Shown here: piece after piece, positions 11,371 through 24,618 of the stretch | How positions within the stretch are numbered: position 1 is the first letter of the stretch | How the letters are laid out: every line of letters starts with the position of its first letter | NCBI RefSeq assembly: GCF_018977255.1 | Contig: NW_024704742.1 | Span: forward strand, 112,532,001 to 112,596,000 | Origin: Callorhinchus milii | Lineage: Eukaryota | DNA: 64,000 nucleotides | Reading direction: 5' to 3' | Made by a program: the position numbers and the translations under genes | The notes under the pieces: model-generated | What the model was told of the DNA's origin: nothing | Seen by the model: the letters and a program-made list of their open reading frames with translations, nothing else | The model's database searches: none

Positions 11371-12910
11371 TGTTTTAGGTTGGAGCAGAGTCAAACACAC
11401 TGTGTTCCCATTTTGACAGCAGAAGTAAATAACAGAAATGTGATTGGGTTTGTGCCGTGCATTGGAAACAATTACTCTACAGATGGGTCTCTGCCCAAAC
11501 ACTTGCCAAGGCACTCAATGAATATCTGGGAAACTATTTAAGATGTTCATTAAAACAAAACAGCTCTCAGAGATTATATAAACGGTTATGGCATTGTAAT
11601 CAAAACAATAATAAACAGTGCTATTAAAAAAGCTAAGTAATCTGGTGTGTTTCTGCCCCATGATGGAATGGGTTTTAAAAAGACTTTATTCCTTTCATTG
11701 TTAGAAATAAGGAAACTGGAAATAGGGACAGTTTAATAATATTAAAGAAGACCGCTGAATATCTACTTTATCTGCTCAACAAAATCTATTCTATTCTGTT
11801 TGGAAGAATAAGGATACAAAAGAGCAGGAGCAGAAGAGTGTGAAAATGGGACTGGAATAGATAGCTTGAGGAGGAAACTCACACAGCTGTGCAAAATAGT
11901 TTCTGGGTTGAGATTGCTTTGATTCTGTCTTGAAAAATGAAGTTCAAGCAAAAAAATTGAATACTACTCTATATTCCTAGAACACACAGAATTTTTTAAT
12001 TCAACCTTAATGTTGAAGGCTTTTGTTAGTAGCTCAAACTTCATGAAAATTGGCTTCAAATTTAAGGCTGTATTTAAGAATTTGCCAATTTCTACAAGTT
12101 CTGAAATGCTATATAATCCTTGCATTCGATACAATGCCTTATTATGACTTCGAGACGTCTCAAAGCACTTCAAAGAATATACTGTAAAGTGAATTGTTGG
12201 CGAAATGTGGCAGCCAATTGCACACAGCAGTGTCCCACAATCAGTCGTGAATAATAGTAGAGACAGTAGAGATAGATTCTATTGGAATGTTTGAATGAAA
12301 AAAGACAGATATTTGGGAAGTAAAGGAATTAAAGAGTTTGGAGTAAAGGCCTTAGGAAATGGGATTAAAAGATCCACCATGACCTAATCAAGTGGCTGAA
12401 CAAGCTCAGTAGGTTAAATGGCCTACTCCTGTCCCTATGTTACCACGTTTTTAACTTACAACTAAATACGATGGCTGACACCAATGAGGTGACATATTGG
12501 TGTTACAATGCCATAATAGATCTGAAATAAAGCATTGGAACATTACCACACAGATAAGTGAAGGAATCTCAGAAGTACTGAATAACAATTTAATTACAAT
12601 ATTCCAAAAATGATCCAGCAATAATCAAAACACTATTTTCTATCTTTAACAAAATATCCTATTTCATACAAAGTGCCTTTCGGTCCTCTTTTTCTCCACT
12701 ATTTACACAGGAGATTGAGTTTCACAACCCCAGAGTTTGTTTATAAATAGCAGTGAGCTCCTGTCTGAGCTGCTAATTACAGGAACTCAGGCCTGCAATG
12801 AGGTTCAACATCATATAGAACATGCAATTAAAGCCCTCCAGCTGCCCTTCAAAACTAAAAGTTACCCTGCAACTCAATAATCTTTCAATAATTTGGGATG
12901 AGAGACATAC

Positions 12911-13075
12911 GTGTGTCAGTCTGGCTCAATTGGTAGCACTCTCACCTCTGAATCAAAGGGTTCAGATGGACATCAAATATCCCATGGCGATATTCAAAAA
13001 GGAATTTCTCCCACTGTCCTGGCCAACAATTCCCATAGAATTCATCATTCACTTCTGCTTGTAGGCGTTGGCAGT
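12911..13075 (+). mobile_element. SINE family B (SacSINE1/DeuSINE-like), internally deleted
   Basis: gtgtgtcagtctggctcaattggtagcactctcacctctgaatca head; homologous to 50045-50468. Confidence 0.6.
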
Positions 13076-13459
13076 CGGTTCACCCCGATTTATGGAACTC
13101 CATTATGGAGTCCCTCTGACTCCCTCCTGTCCTCCCCTCTTTCAAAATGCACTTCTTCTTTCAGTCATTTATCCCCTTGGCTCCCACCCCCAGCTCAGGT
13201 GCCCAGCCAGCACTGTGAATCGCTTTACCCTCCCAATATGAAAAGCACTATATAAAAGTAAATTGTAATTCTCTACATATCATTGAATCTGGAAGTGTAT
13301 GGATATAATAATAATAATAATCCTTGCAATTGATATAGTACCTGGCTGACAACATTTAAAAAAAATTGATATCTTACCTTATCACATCGTAAAGACGTCA
13401 AGTGATCGTACATGACTATAAATAATCCTATGATATCACTTCACAGGATGTACTGTGAA

Positions 13460-15385
13460 CCGACCACCTGCTCCCTCAACCCCCTGCCTACCCTTCTCCT
13501 TACCTCCCATCTCCACCTACTTGCCCCTCTACTCACACACATCATTAACCTCTCCCCGTCCACTGGCACTGTTCCAGCCCCTTTAAAAATGGCCGTCATC
13601 ACCCATCCTTAAAAAAATCCCTCCCTGGACCCATCCCTGCTCTCAAACTACCGCCCCATTTCCAACCTCTCTTTCCTTTCCAAGGTCCTAGAAAGAGTCG
13701 TTGCTTCCCAGCTTCGCTACTTTCTTTCCCGCCACTATCTTCACGAACCCCTCCAATCGGGTTTCCGTGTCACCCCCAGCACAGAAACAGCTTTGGTCAA
13801 AGTGACAAATAGCATTTTTTCCATCTGCAACTAGGGCTTCCTCTGCCTCCTCATTCTCCTTGACCGTTGACCACTCTATCCTCATCCACCGCCTGTCCTC
13901 TCACCTCAACCTTCATGGTTCTGTCCTTGAATGGTTCTGATCCTACCTCTCACATTGTCGCCACTACATCTCCACAAACAATTTCTCCTCTAGCCCCCTC
14001 ACTGGTTCATGAGGCATACCTCAGGGCTTTGTCTTTGGTCCTCTCCTCTTCAATATCTATATGTTCCTTCTTGGTGACATCATCTGCAGACATGGGGTCA
14101 ACTTCCACATGTCTACCAACTCTACCTCTCTGCCTCCCCCATCGATTCCAGAATCACTGCTGTGATGACAGAATGTCTGTCAGACATCAAGTCCTGGATG
14201 AGAGCTAACTTTCTTCAGTTGAACGTCATCAAGACCGAGGCTCTCCTGATTGGCTTCCGTCTGCATCTCCACACCTCGGACACTGACAGCATCACCATAT
14301 AAAGATAATAATAATAATAATAACAATAATCCTTGCATTTGATATAGCGCTTTTCACGTCGGGAGGACGTCCCAAAGCGCTTTACAGAACATACTGCAAA
14401 GTGAATTGACTGTATATTTGTGGGCGAACGCGGCAGCCAATTGCGCACAGCAATGTCCCACAAATAGTTGTAGATTGAAAATGACCAATTTATTATTGGT
14501 TTTGGTTTTTGAAGGGATTATTATTAGGCGTGTGGAGTAAGGAAACTTGCCTAAGGTTTCGCCCTGCCTGGAATTGAACTCAGGTCTCTCACTTGCAAAG
14601 CGAGTGCTCTAACCACTGAGCTACAGGACTCCACAAGATGCACACTCCACCTTGCTCAGCCAGTCCGGAACCTTGGCATCTTGTTTGACCTTCAACTATC
14701 CTTTCTACCCCACATCCATGCCATGACCAGCTCTGCCTTTCCCCACCTCCGCAACATCGTCTGGCTCTGCCACTCTCACATCGCAGGCCACCGAAGCCCT
14801 CATATACGCATTCATAGCATCCAGGCTTGACAACGTAAACTCCTTGCTTGTCGACCTACCCAACTCCTCCCTCCACAGATCATCCAGAATTCTACAGCAT
14901 GTGCCCTCTCCCGCACCAGGCTCTGTGACCCTATCACCCCCATCCTCGCCCGCTCCACTGGCTTCCCATCACACAGAGATACAGTTGAAGTTCCTGGTAC
15001 TCACCTTCAAAGCCCTCCATGGCCTTGCTTCACCCCATCTCTGCGACTTCCTAACCCCCTATCAACCTGCCCGCTTCCTCCGCTCAACGGCCTGCATCAC
15101 AGCCCCCGGCTCGCTTGCCCCACAATTTCGGGTGGGCCTTCAATCACTCTGCCCCCACCCTCTGGAACTTCATCCCGCTGTTCCTCCGCCTCGCCCTCTC
15201 CGCTGCCTCCTCCTGTCTCAAGACTCTCCTCTTCGACCATGCCTTTGATCACCCTCTTTCCCCCACTGCCCTCCACCCTCCCTGATCCTGACCCCCAGCC
15301 CGGGTTTGAAACACTGATTGTTCAGTGCTTGGGGACGTCCTTTCGACGTGGAAGATGCTGTACAAATGTAATTTTGTTGTTGTAC
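13460..15385 (+). mobile_element. Degraded L2 LINE (RT to 3' end), interrupted by a SINE at 14307-14634
   Basis: Encodes NYRPISNL.FLSKVLE, QSGFR...STETALVKV, LQLNVIKTE and FKALHGLA with frameshifts; ttgttgttg tail. Confidence 0.9.
14307..14634 (-). mobile_element. SINE family A, short young subfamily, inserted in L2
   Basis: Full tRNA head and tail, flanked by AAGAT duplication (14302-14306 / 14635-14639). Confidence 0.93.
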
Positions 15386-15725
15386 TGTGAAATGATGTGG
15401 CTGTGCATTGTGTGGACAAACACAACAGCCATTTGTACACAGCAAGGTCTCACAAACAGCCATGAGCAAATGACCAATTTTATTTGGGGAGATTGTTGGC
15501 CAAGATTTCTGGATAGATTCCCTTCAATTTTCAAATAGTGCTATGGCATTTTTAATATCTACCTGGACAGGCAGACAGGAACTCAGTTTAATGTCTGATC
15601 CGAAATATAGCTTCTCTGAGAATCCCACCTGCAGTGAAATGTCAGGATGGGCTCCTAGTCCTCATGTGTGGTTTTGAACCTACAGCCTTCTGGCTCAGAG
15701 TCACTTGTGCTACCAACTGAGCCAG
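15385..15725 (-). mobile_element. SINE family B (Deu-like)
   Basis: caaatagtgctatggcatttttaatatctacctggacaggcagac...tgctaccaactgagcca, reverse homolog of 50045-50468. Confidence 0.7.
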
Positions 15726-18267
15726 GTTTATGCACAGCTATAATAGAAAGCTCCCACAACCCATTGCTAAATAAATCAACTGGTAGAGAATTGCTGCAAA
15801 CATTTCAGTTTGCAACTGTTATTTTGTCATTCAAACATAAGGGTGATTCTTTCCAGAAAAAAATATGAGCACAGATAATAGAGAACAATTTGCCAGGAAG
15901 TGATGAGAATAAAAAATGATTTGCTTGTGTAGCAGACTGTTATATCTCATTTGTAACTCAGTGCTAATGAATTATAAGCCTATCACAGAGTAATTCTACA
16001 TACTTCTATTACTTGCTAGGGAAATTATCTTTCATACCCATAAAATGAGTGGAGAAGGCATTTTTGCATAGGTTGATTTATTTGACAATAAAATGTGCCT
16101 AATTCCAACTATGAGAGCATTCTGCTCTATTTCTTGTTGTTTTCTGTATAAGCAATCTAGTCATAATACAGCTATTTAAAGCAGTTTTTAAGGTTAAGTC
16201 CATAACTATTGGCTGGCTAGAACTAACCTGAACATAATAATAATATTATAATAATCGTTGTATTTGATATACTGTTAGTGTATTTCAAGTCGGGATATGA
16301 AAGATAGTACAGTATGTGAAATGCAAGGATTATTGTTCACAGGATACACTCTAAAGTGTAGTCACTGTGTATTATGTGGGCAAATGTAGGCTGTCAACCC
16401 AGTTTGTGTTAAAGAGTAATACAGCTTTTAACCCTATTATTAGTTTTCAAGTTGGAGTTATATTACAGAAGCAATCTTTCAGTTTTTCACCTACATTGTA
16501 TAACATTTCTACCAGGTACTCTCTTTATTTTTCTTAATTCTGTGTCATTTCTTTTCTCGGTTATTTGCCTTTTCCTGAAGACCTTCCGCTTCGATTGTGC
16601 TTATGGTCACTGTCTCGCTCCCCACAGCTTGGCGTCAGGCTCCACTTAAGTTAAGAAATCAAAGTTGCCTCCCTGTGCGAAGGGCGCTAAATAAATGCAA
16701 GTTGTTGTTGTTGTTTTCAGGATCAATTTTGTTTTGCACCCTTCTCTAATCGTGCTCTTAGAAACATCAGGCTTGTGCCCAGCCAAATGGTAACGAGGAT
16801 AAAAAACATTTAATGTTCGGATTCAATTTGACTTGTTAGCTTAAGGATGGGGAGTGGGGAGTTATCACTGGGACATCCTGGTTTGAGCTAACAATAAAAC
16901 ACAGTGCACTAGAAGCCAGCTTGACAACACGCCTCAGTTAGGGAGAGCAACAGCGTAGATATTTTATTCCTAATTTATCAATTAGAATGTTTTCACGTGA
17001 AACAGATTATAATTTTTTTTGGTATGTGATATTGGTTCTGCCAGCACTGGTATAGACAAGACTGCACTGGGACTAATGATTTATACTGAGTATGTCAGAT
17101 GAAGTAATCCTGACATAAAAACAAAATAATCCAATCAATGCTAATGGGAGCTGTTTGTCCACTGATATGTCATGGGTGAAAATAGGCACAGGGTGGCAGC
17201 ATTTATACATTGTAAAGCCTTCTAGGATCAACATTATTTTGGGACAGTTGAGGGCTGATGGACAGAATTTGAAAGGGACATGTACACGTGCCCTTTTTGG
17301 CATCAGAAAGGTTGTATTTAGGTAGGAACAATTACGGTAGGGCCATCAAGCCATTAATGATGTAGTTTAAGTTAATATTTCTGCCCCAGTGTAACTTTAC
17401 TCTGCAAATTACATTCTCAAGTTGCCTGTTCTAGGACAAGAGTACTTTTACACACAGTCCATGGAGCACTGACTTGCTATACATTCTTGTAAGTCGGACT
17501 AAACGTGTTGCTTTTGGCAGACATCACAATGGATACATGTTCCTTGAAAACTAAAGTCTGTCCCCAACCTTTCCAGCAATTGATGTCTCTTTGAGATCAG
17601 AAATGCAGATGCACACATACACTTGTATCTGTCCTTTTCTGAATATGCTATTTGAGCTGTGTGGTGGAGTGAAGTTGTCATTTCATAATGTACAACAACT
17701 TTTATTTATATAGTGCCCTTTACATAGGGTAGCACCATGTAGCACTGAAGAAATGGAATAGTTTATATACAATAAGGCTTGTAAATTACCTCAAATCAAA
17801 GGTTGCAATATTTTCTTTTGTGGGCTGAGATTGATATGGGTGTGAGGAGTTTGGAAATACAGGATTAATGACTCAGTGGAGTTCTGGGAGCATATGAGCA
17901 GCAGGACACTCTGCATATGCATTCCCCAATACAACCTGGGTTCCTGGCTTCCACTGATAAATCATGTTCCAGCCTTGCCTATCTCTTTCCCGTTGGCTGG
18001 CTGCTATGATTAGCAAGTCTTGATCCACTCCCTAGGATCCTAGTTACAGGTTCCCTTGCATTCCAGGCTAGGAATGGTTGTGTCTTGTCCTACTTCCTGG
18101 ATGGTGCTATAGCCACTGTCCATAGAACATTTGTCCTTTACTGAATTGACCCAAAAGCAAAACATAATAGTCTGTTAACCCTGTAACTGTTTGTCTGCCA
18201 GAAATTCTCCCCTTATGTTGCCTCTCTTCATTTATTGCTTTAGCCCTTAACATCTGTGTCGTATTAG

Positions 18268-20800
18268 ATCATAGAATCATAGAATTATACAGCACAGAAG
18301 GAGGCCATTTGGCCCATCATGTCTGTGCCGACTCTTTGAAAAGAGCTATCCAAATCAATCCCGCTCCCCCACTCAAACTTGTCCTCCCCAAATAATTATC
18401 CACTTCTCTCTTAAAAGTTATTAGCGAATTGGCTTCCACCATCCTTCCAGGCAACGCATTTCAGATCCGAACAACTTGCTGTGTAAAAAAATTTCTCCTC
18501 ATCTCCCCTCTGTTTCTTTTAACAACTATTTAAAATTGGTGTCCTTGGGTTACCGATCCATCAGCCAGTGGAAATAGCTTCTCCTTGTTCACCCCATCGA
18601 ATCCCCTCATAATTTTCAAAACTTCTATTTAAGTCTTCTCTTAGCCTTCTCTGCTCCAAGGAGAATAATCCTCGCTTCTCTATCCTGTCCTGATTACTGA
18701 AGTCCCTCATTCCTGGTACCATCCTGGTATATCTCCTTTGCACCCTCTCCAATGCCTTGACCTCCTTCCTAAAGTGTGGGGCCCAGAACTGAACAGAGTA
18801 CTCTATCTGGGACCTAACCAGTGTTTTATAAAGGTTCATCATAACTTCCTGACTTTTGTATTCTATGCCCCTATTGATAAAGTCTAGTATCTCATATGCT
18901 TTTTAACAGCTTTATCTGCCTGTCCTGCCAGCTTCACAGATTTACTTGTATGAACCCCCAGGTCTCGCTGTCCCTTCACCCCCTTTAAGATTGTACCATC
19001 AGCTTATATTGCCTCTCCTCATTCTTCCTCCCAAAATGCATCACTTCGCATTTCTCCACATTAAACTTCATCTGCCGCGTGTCTGCCCATGTTACCAGTC
19101 TGTCCATGTCCTCTTGCAGTCTGCTACTATCCTCCTCACTGTTTACTAGTTTTCCTAACTTAGTATCATCCGCAAACTTGGAAATTATACTCCTTATACC
19201 CAAATCCAGGTCATTTATATAGATCAAAAACAGCAGTGGTCCCAATACTGACCCCTGTGGGGCACCACTGCACACTTCCCTCCAGTCAGAAAAACAACCG
19301 TTCACCACCACTCTCTGCTTTCTGATTCCCAGCCAGTTCTGTATCCACGCTGCCACTGTCCCTATAATACCGTGGGCTTGTATTTTGCTTACAAGTCTCT
19401 TATGTGCTTACGAGCCTTCAGCTCCCCTCTCGACTCTCTTCCCCCTCCTCGCTCCCTCCCTTCCCTCCCCTCACCCTGACCATTTCCCTCCTCCTCGCTC
19501 CCTCCCTTCCCTCCCCTCACCCTGACCATTTCCCCCCTGCTCGGGTCATGACCCAACTGTGCAGCGCCTTGGGACGTCCTCCTGACGTGAAAGGCGCTTT
19601 ATAAATGGAATCTTGTTGTTGTTGTTGTTGTTATGTGGCACTTTATCAAATGCCTTTTGAAAATCGATATAAACTACATCAACAGCACTACCTTCATCCA
19701 CCCTCTCCGTTACTTCATCAAAAACTCTATCAGGTTTGTTGGACCAATTTGTCTTTAACAAATCTGTGTTGGCTATCCTTTAAAAACCCATATTTTTCTA
19801 AGTAAAAATGTATTTGTCCCCGATTATAGTCTCTAGAATTTTCTCCACTAATGACGTTAGGTTGACTGGCCTGTAGTTACTGGGTTTATCCTTCTGCCCT
19901 TTTTGTACATGGCAGTAACATTTGTAACCCTCCAGTCATCTGGCACCACCCTGGCGTCCAAGGAAGATTGAAAGATTGTGGCCAAAGCCTCTGCTATTTC
20001 CACCCTTATGTCCCTCAGTAACGTAGAGTGCATCCCGTCTGGACTGGTTGACTTATCTACCTTGAGCACTGTAAACCTTTTCAGTACCTCCTTTCTGTTT
20101 ATTCTTATCCTATCTAATTTCTCTACCTTCTCCACCGATACTGTGGCATTGGCTACATCCTCTTCTTTTGTGAAGACAGATGCAAAGTATTCATTCAGTA
20201 TGTCAGCCAAGCCCTCTGCCTCCACAGAAAGATTTCCTCCTTGGTCCCTAATTGGCTCCACCCTACCTTTGACTAACCTCTTATTGGTTATATGCTTAAA
20301 ATACCTTAGGGTTCCCTTTTATGTTCCCCAGTAATCTTCTCTCATACAATCTCTTTGCCCCTCTTATTTCCTTTTTCAGTTCTCCTCTGTACTTTCTATA
20401 TTCTATTTGATTATCTTCTGTATTTTGGATCTGACAAGGACATCTCCTGCTTGAGGACTTTCTATTGCTCGTTAGCTGTTTTGCCTGTCAATCTTTCTTT
20501 CCAGTCCACCTTGGCTAGGTCCCTTTTTTAATTCACTGAAATTAGCCCTCTTCCAGTTGAGTATCTTTATCTTTGATTTTTCCTTGTCCCTTTTCATGAA
20601 TACTCTAAATCTAATTAAAATGTTGTGATCACTATTGTCCAGATGCTCTCCTACTGAATCCTGCTCCACTTACCCCACTTCATTCCACAGAGCTAGATCC
20701 AGCAATGCTTCCTTCCTCTTTGGGCCAGAAACATACTGATTCAGAAAGTTATCCTGCACACATTTCAGGAATCCTTCCCTCTCCTTGCCCTTTACACTGG
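18268..20800 (-). mobile_element. CR1 LINE, 5'-truncated (endonuclease C-terminus, RT, 3' end), interrupted by an L2 tail
   Basis: Minus ORFs with SDHN (APE), PDDWRVTNVT, YIDFQKAFDKVPH, PQGSVLGPLLFLIYINDLD, KFADDTKLG and LEQRRLREDL; (TTCTATGA)n 3' tail at 18268. Confidence 0.95.
19407..19630 (+). mobile_element. Short L2 3' end inserted in CR1
   Basis: TTATGTG duplication at 19400-19406 / 19631-19637; two 45-bp repeat units; (GTT)n tail. Confidence 0.93.
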
Positions 20801-23066
20801 CGTTTGAATGTTCTTGATAAAGATAGAATGATCATAACTGCAGATCATGACTGTATTTTGTTATGACTCCAGTGGATTTTGATGTCTCAACTGAGGAAAC
20901 TAAAATGCTAATTATTAGCATTCAATGGATTGCTTTGTGAAATGGTAAAAGAAAAGTTCAGGACCACACAGGATTTCTCACTGGAATTGAAGCTCAGATT
21001 TCTATTGATTTGTCCTTGCCCTTAAATTAATTATGCCTGCGAATTAGTGGATCCGTTTTATTTCTCATTTACAAATCACTGGACGTCTTATTCTGTAAAC
21101 AGCATGTCTGGGCATCCTAACATTTCAATTCAAATTAGCCTTGAAAAGTACTGTGGAAAGAGCTTCACTCATATGATTCACATTGGGTTCTTTCACTGAC
21201 ATACTTTGAAAGCACTTTATTGGGTTCAAAGCTGCTTCTGGCTTGTAATTCAAGTTCAGTGTCCCAAACATCATTGTGATGAAGGCAGGTAGTAACATCT
21301 TCATAAACTGCAGTCTATCTGTTTGAATTTGGAAATGAATTTGTCTCAGTTCAATTCCATTTGCATTGTTTCATTAAAGGAACAGGATAAAACCACATGA
21401 AAACAACAGCAACTGGGATGGTGACTCAAGGCTCAGCCTCTGATGGTGGTAAAACTCGCACCAGAAGTAATATAGCCTATTATCATTGTATTAGACAAAT
21501 TCTATTTAAGCAAAAATAATAGTGGTGCAAATACAAATTACATTATCTGGTCATCTAAGAAGTATTATGATCAACTCCAGATCACGGATCCAGGATAATG
21601 CCAGGGAAGGGGAAAATAAAGATGCCTCTCTTGGAACAATGATCAGATTAGTGACTAAATTATTTGGACAAAACAGGTCAAAAATTCTTGAGGATATTAA
21701 GATTCTATAACTAAATAAATTTTGATTCAACACTAAGGCATATGAGAAGGAATGGTTCAAAGATTTAATGCGAAACCTAGTGTATCAATCACACTTTAAG
21801 GCACATACATCAGCATGATTTAGAAGTACTAACAGAAAGATAGCTGTAGCCGAGGGATGCATATTATATATCAGTCTTATGGTATCTTTGGGTGAACACT
21901 TCTTCCTGCTGTTTTGCTGAAACAACAGCAGGAATAACAGAGCAGCAAGCCAGAAGTGAAATGATCCTACAATCTAATCTAAATAATAAGATGACACTGT
22001 GAAACAAAGTAATGCAATTGCATATGAAGAAAGAATTGTAGCCGTGGTGTAAAATCATACTTTGACAGTTATAATTGCAACACAGCTAATAACAAACATA
22101 AGATCAGGCTGCTCTGTATTTATTCTTTATTCCTGTTGCCATTTATACAGCATTGTGGTTTGTGAACATCATTGTGTAAGTCTTAGTTATGGCAAATCTC
22201 TGCTAAAGGTTAAGCCAACTCAAAGAATTAAACCAATGGAAATTACACTGGACATCTTGGCATCAAGAGGCTCTGCTAAGTGATAGTTTAAAGTCTGTAT
22301 AAATATATGACTGAAATATTATGGAAAGGTTACACAAAACTACTATGTTGACATAGTTCAAGGAAATCTACCTCCCCTTTCTCCCCAGCTCAGAGTCAAA
22401 CAATATCATTAAGTGCTCTGAGATGCTATCCCGCATGAAGAGCACTATATAAATCTAAGTTGCTAAATGTAGCTGATATTTTGCCATCTTGTTTTGTAGG
22501 ATTTAGGCTTTTGTGAACAATTGTCAACAGATCAAGAGAGTCTGTAGTTTCGGAGTTTGAAACATGCATGAAAATTACTGATAATGCCTGCCAGAAACAA
22601 AATGTGCCAATTAATTTAGCACTCCTTTCCATCAATCGCTCAATCCGTGTAAACATATAAACAGCTGCATTGTATTAGTGCGCCATTTATTGACTGTTTT
22701 TCAGGATTTTCCAGCAAATTTCCCGATGTTAATAATTAAGTTACAAAAACGTTATCTGCCACAATGTAATGTTGTCCAGTGAACCAGTTGTTAGGACAAG
22801 AAAACTAGTCAATAATTTCAGGGGAATTAGATAATGATTTGGAACTGACAAAGAAATCTTTTGGGAAGCGGGAAAGATTGGCAAGATAGGTGCTGCTCCA
22901 GGCTCAAGCAGTCACTATGAGGTTGAAAAGCACTGTAAGTGATAACATTACTGAGAGCTTGTTACTGAAACAAACACCGTGTGCCGTAAACTGGGATTCT
23001 CATTGACCTGAGTCTGAGGCGACCTCGGGACAAAGATTATGTCGCCTGAATCAGACTGATTTTCAC

Positions 23067-23580
23067 CACCAGGCTTCGGGACCACATCACTCCCACCCTC
23101 GCTCGCCTCCACTGGCTCCCCATCCCCCAGAGGATCGAATTCAAGATCCTCATCCTCACCTACAAGGCCATTCACGGCCTTGCTCCCTCCTACCTCTCCG
23201 ACTTACTATCCCCTACTACCTGCCCGTATCCTCCGTTCCTCTGGCTCCGGTCTGCTCCACATCCCCCGCCCCAACCGCCCTACCATTGGTGGCCGGGCCT
23301 TCAGCCTCTCAGCCCCGAGGTTCTGGAACTCCATCCCGCAGTGCCTTTGCCGCCTCCTCCCTTTCCTCCTTCAAGGCCGGTCTCAAGACCTTTCTCTTTG
23401 ACCGTGCCTTCAGCTCCCCTCTCGACTCTCTACCCCCTCCTCGCTCCCTCCCTCCCTTCCCTCCCCTCACCCTGACCATTTCCGTCCTGCTCGGGTCCTG
23501 ACCCAACTGTCCAGCGCCTTGGGACATCCTCCCGACGTGAAAGGCGCTCTATAAATGAAATCTTGTTGTTGTTGTTGTTG
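23067..23580 (+). mobile_element. L2 LINE 3' portion (young)
   Basis: HITPTLARLHWLPIPQRIEFKILILTYKAIHGLAPSY region, one 45-bp unit, (GTT)n tail. Confidence 0.93.
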
Positions 23581-23767
23581 AAACTGCAGTTCATGTTGCA
23601 AAACATTTTTTCTGGCAACCAAGTGGCAGTAACTTCATTGTTTTGATCAGCAATGCTTTGTCAACCCCAGTGTTACTATAGAGCAAAATCTTGAAGCGTT
23701 TCTTGTGTTAATTAAAACAAGGAGCATGTTAAGGAATACAATACATTTGTTCCTTGCCTAAATGGAG

Positions 23768-24125
23768 TGGATTTCTGTAGCGTAGTGGTTAGCAGGTTCG
23801 CCTTACAAGCAAGAGGACCCAGATTTGATTCTCGGGCTGGGCAAAACCTCAGGCAAATTTCCTTACTCCATACGCCTCTGTTTACTTAGGAGTAAGCAGG
23901 AACCCAGTTGTTAGTTGATTGGCGGATCACTTTCCGGGGGTAATGACCCCTCCCAAAACAATTTGGTCACTTAATCCACAAATGTTTATGGGACACTGCT
24001 TTGCACAGTTGGTTGCCGTGTTTCACCCACAAAATACACAGTAAATCCACTTTACAATAAATATTCTGTGAAGTGTTTTGAGATGTCTCAACAATGTTAA
24101 TGTGCTATATCAAATGCAAGAATTC
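23768..24125 (+). mobile_element. SINE family A, long form, older copy
   Basis: ggatttctgtagcgtagtggttagcaggttcgccttacaagc head resembles tRNA-Val; central ggcaaatttccttactcc...ctctgtttacttagg segment; Deu-like tail. Confidence 0.85.
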
Positions 24126-24564
24126 TAATAATAATAATCCTTGCATTTGATACAGAGCTTTATCATGTTTTTTTGGAGGGAATAATATTATTATAATTAT
24201 AATAAATAATGCTGGGATAAAGTCTTCTGACTTAGCTGAGTAATGCATTAAACACAGGGATTTTTCTATTCAGTATTTATACTTCTTATATGGTATTAGG
24301 CCAGCATTCCCATGACCCATACCAGGAAATCAGCGTTACAGTAGTTTTTCTGTGTTGAATGTTTGTGAGGACCAGAGACTGGGAGCAGTGTGCTAATTAA
24401 TCAGATAGTGAATAGAGTTAACACCACGAATAGGTTAGGAACAAATCTGCAGGTTGTTGCCTTTAGTCTTTATCAGAGGAAGAAATACATTATGGATTAC
24501 CACAAATTGTGCCTTTCTGTTACGAACTATGTGAACCAGCTGATATTTGTTGCTGTGGACTTAC

Positions 24565-24618
24565 AATGCAATTAGAATCAAAGTTGCTTCCTTGGCAGGC
24601 ACAATTTTACAGGATTTC
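24565..24618 (-). other. Candidate 54-nt exon
   Basis: Acceptor tttcctttgcttttgcag|G and donor ATT|GTAAGT. Confidence 0.25.
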
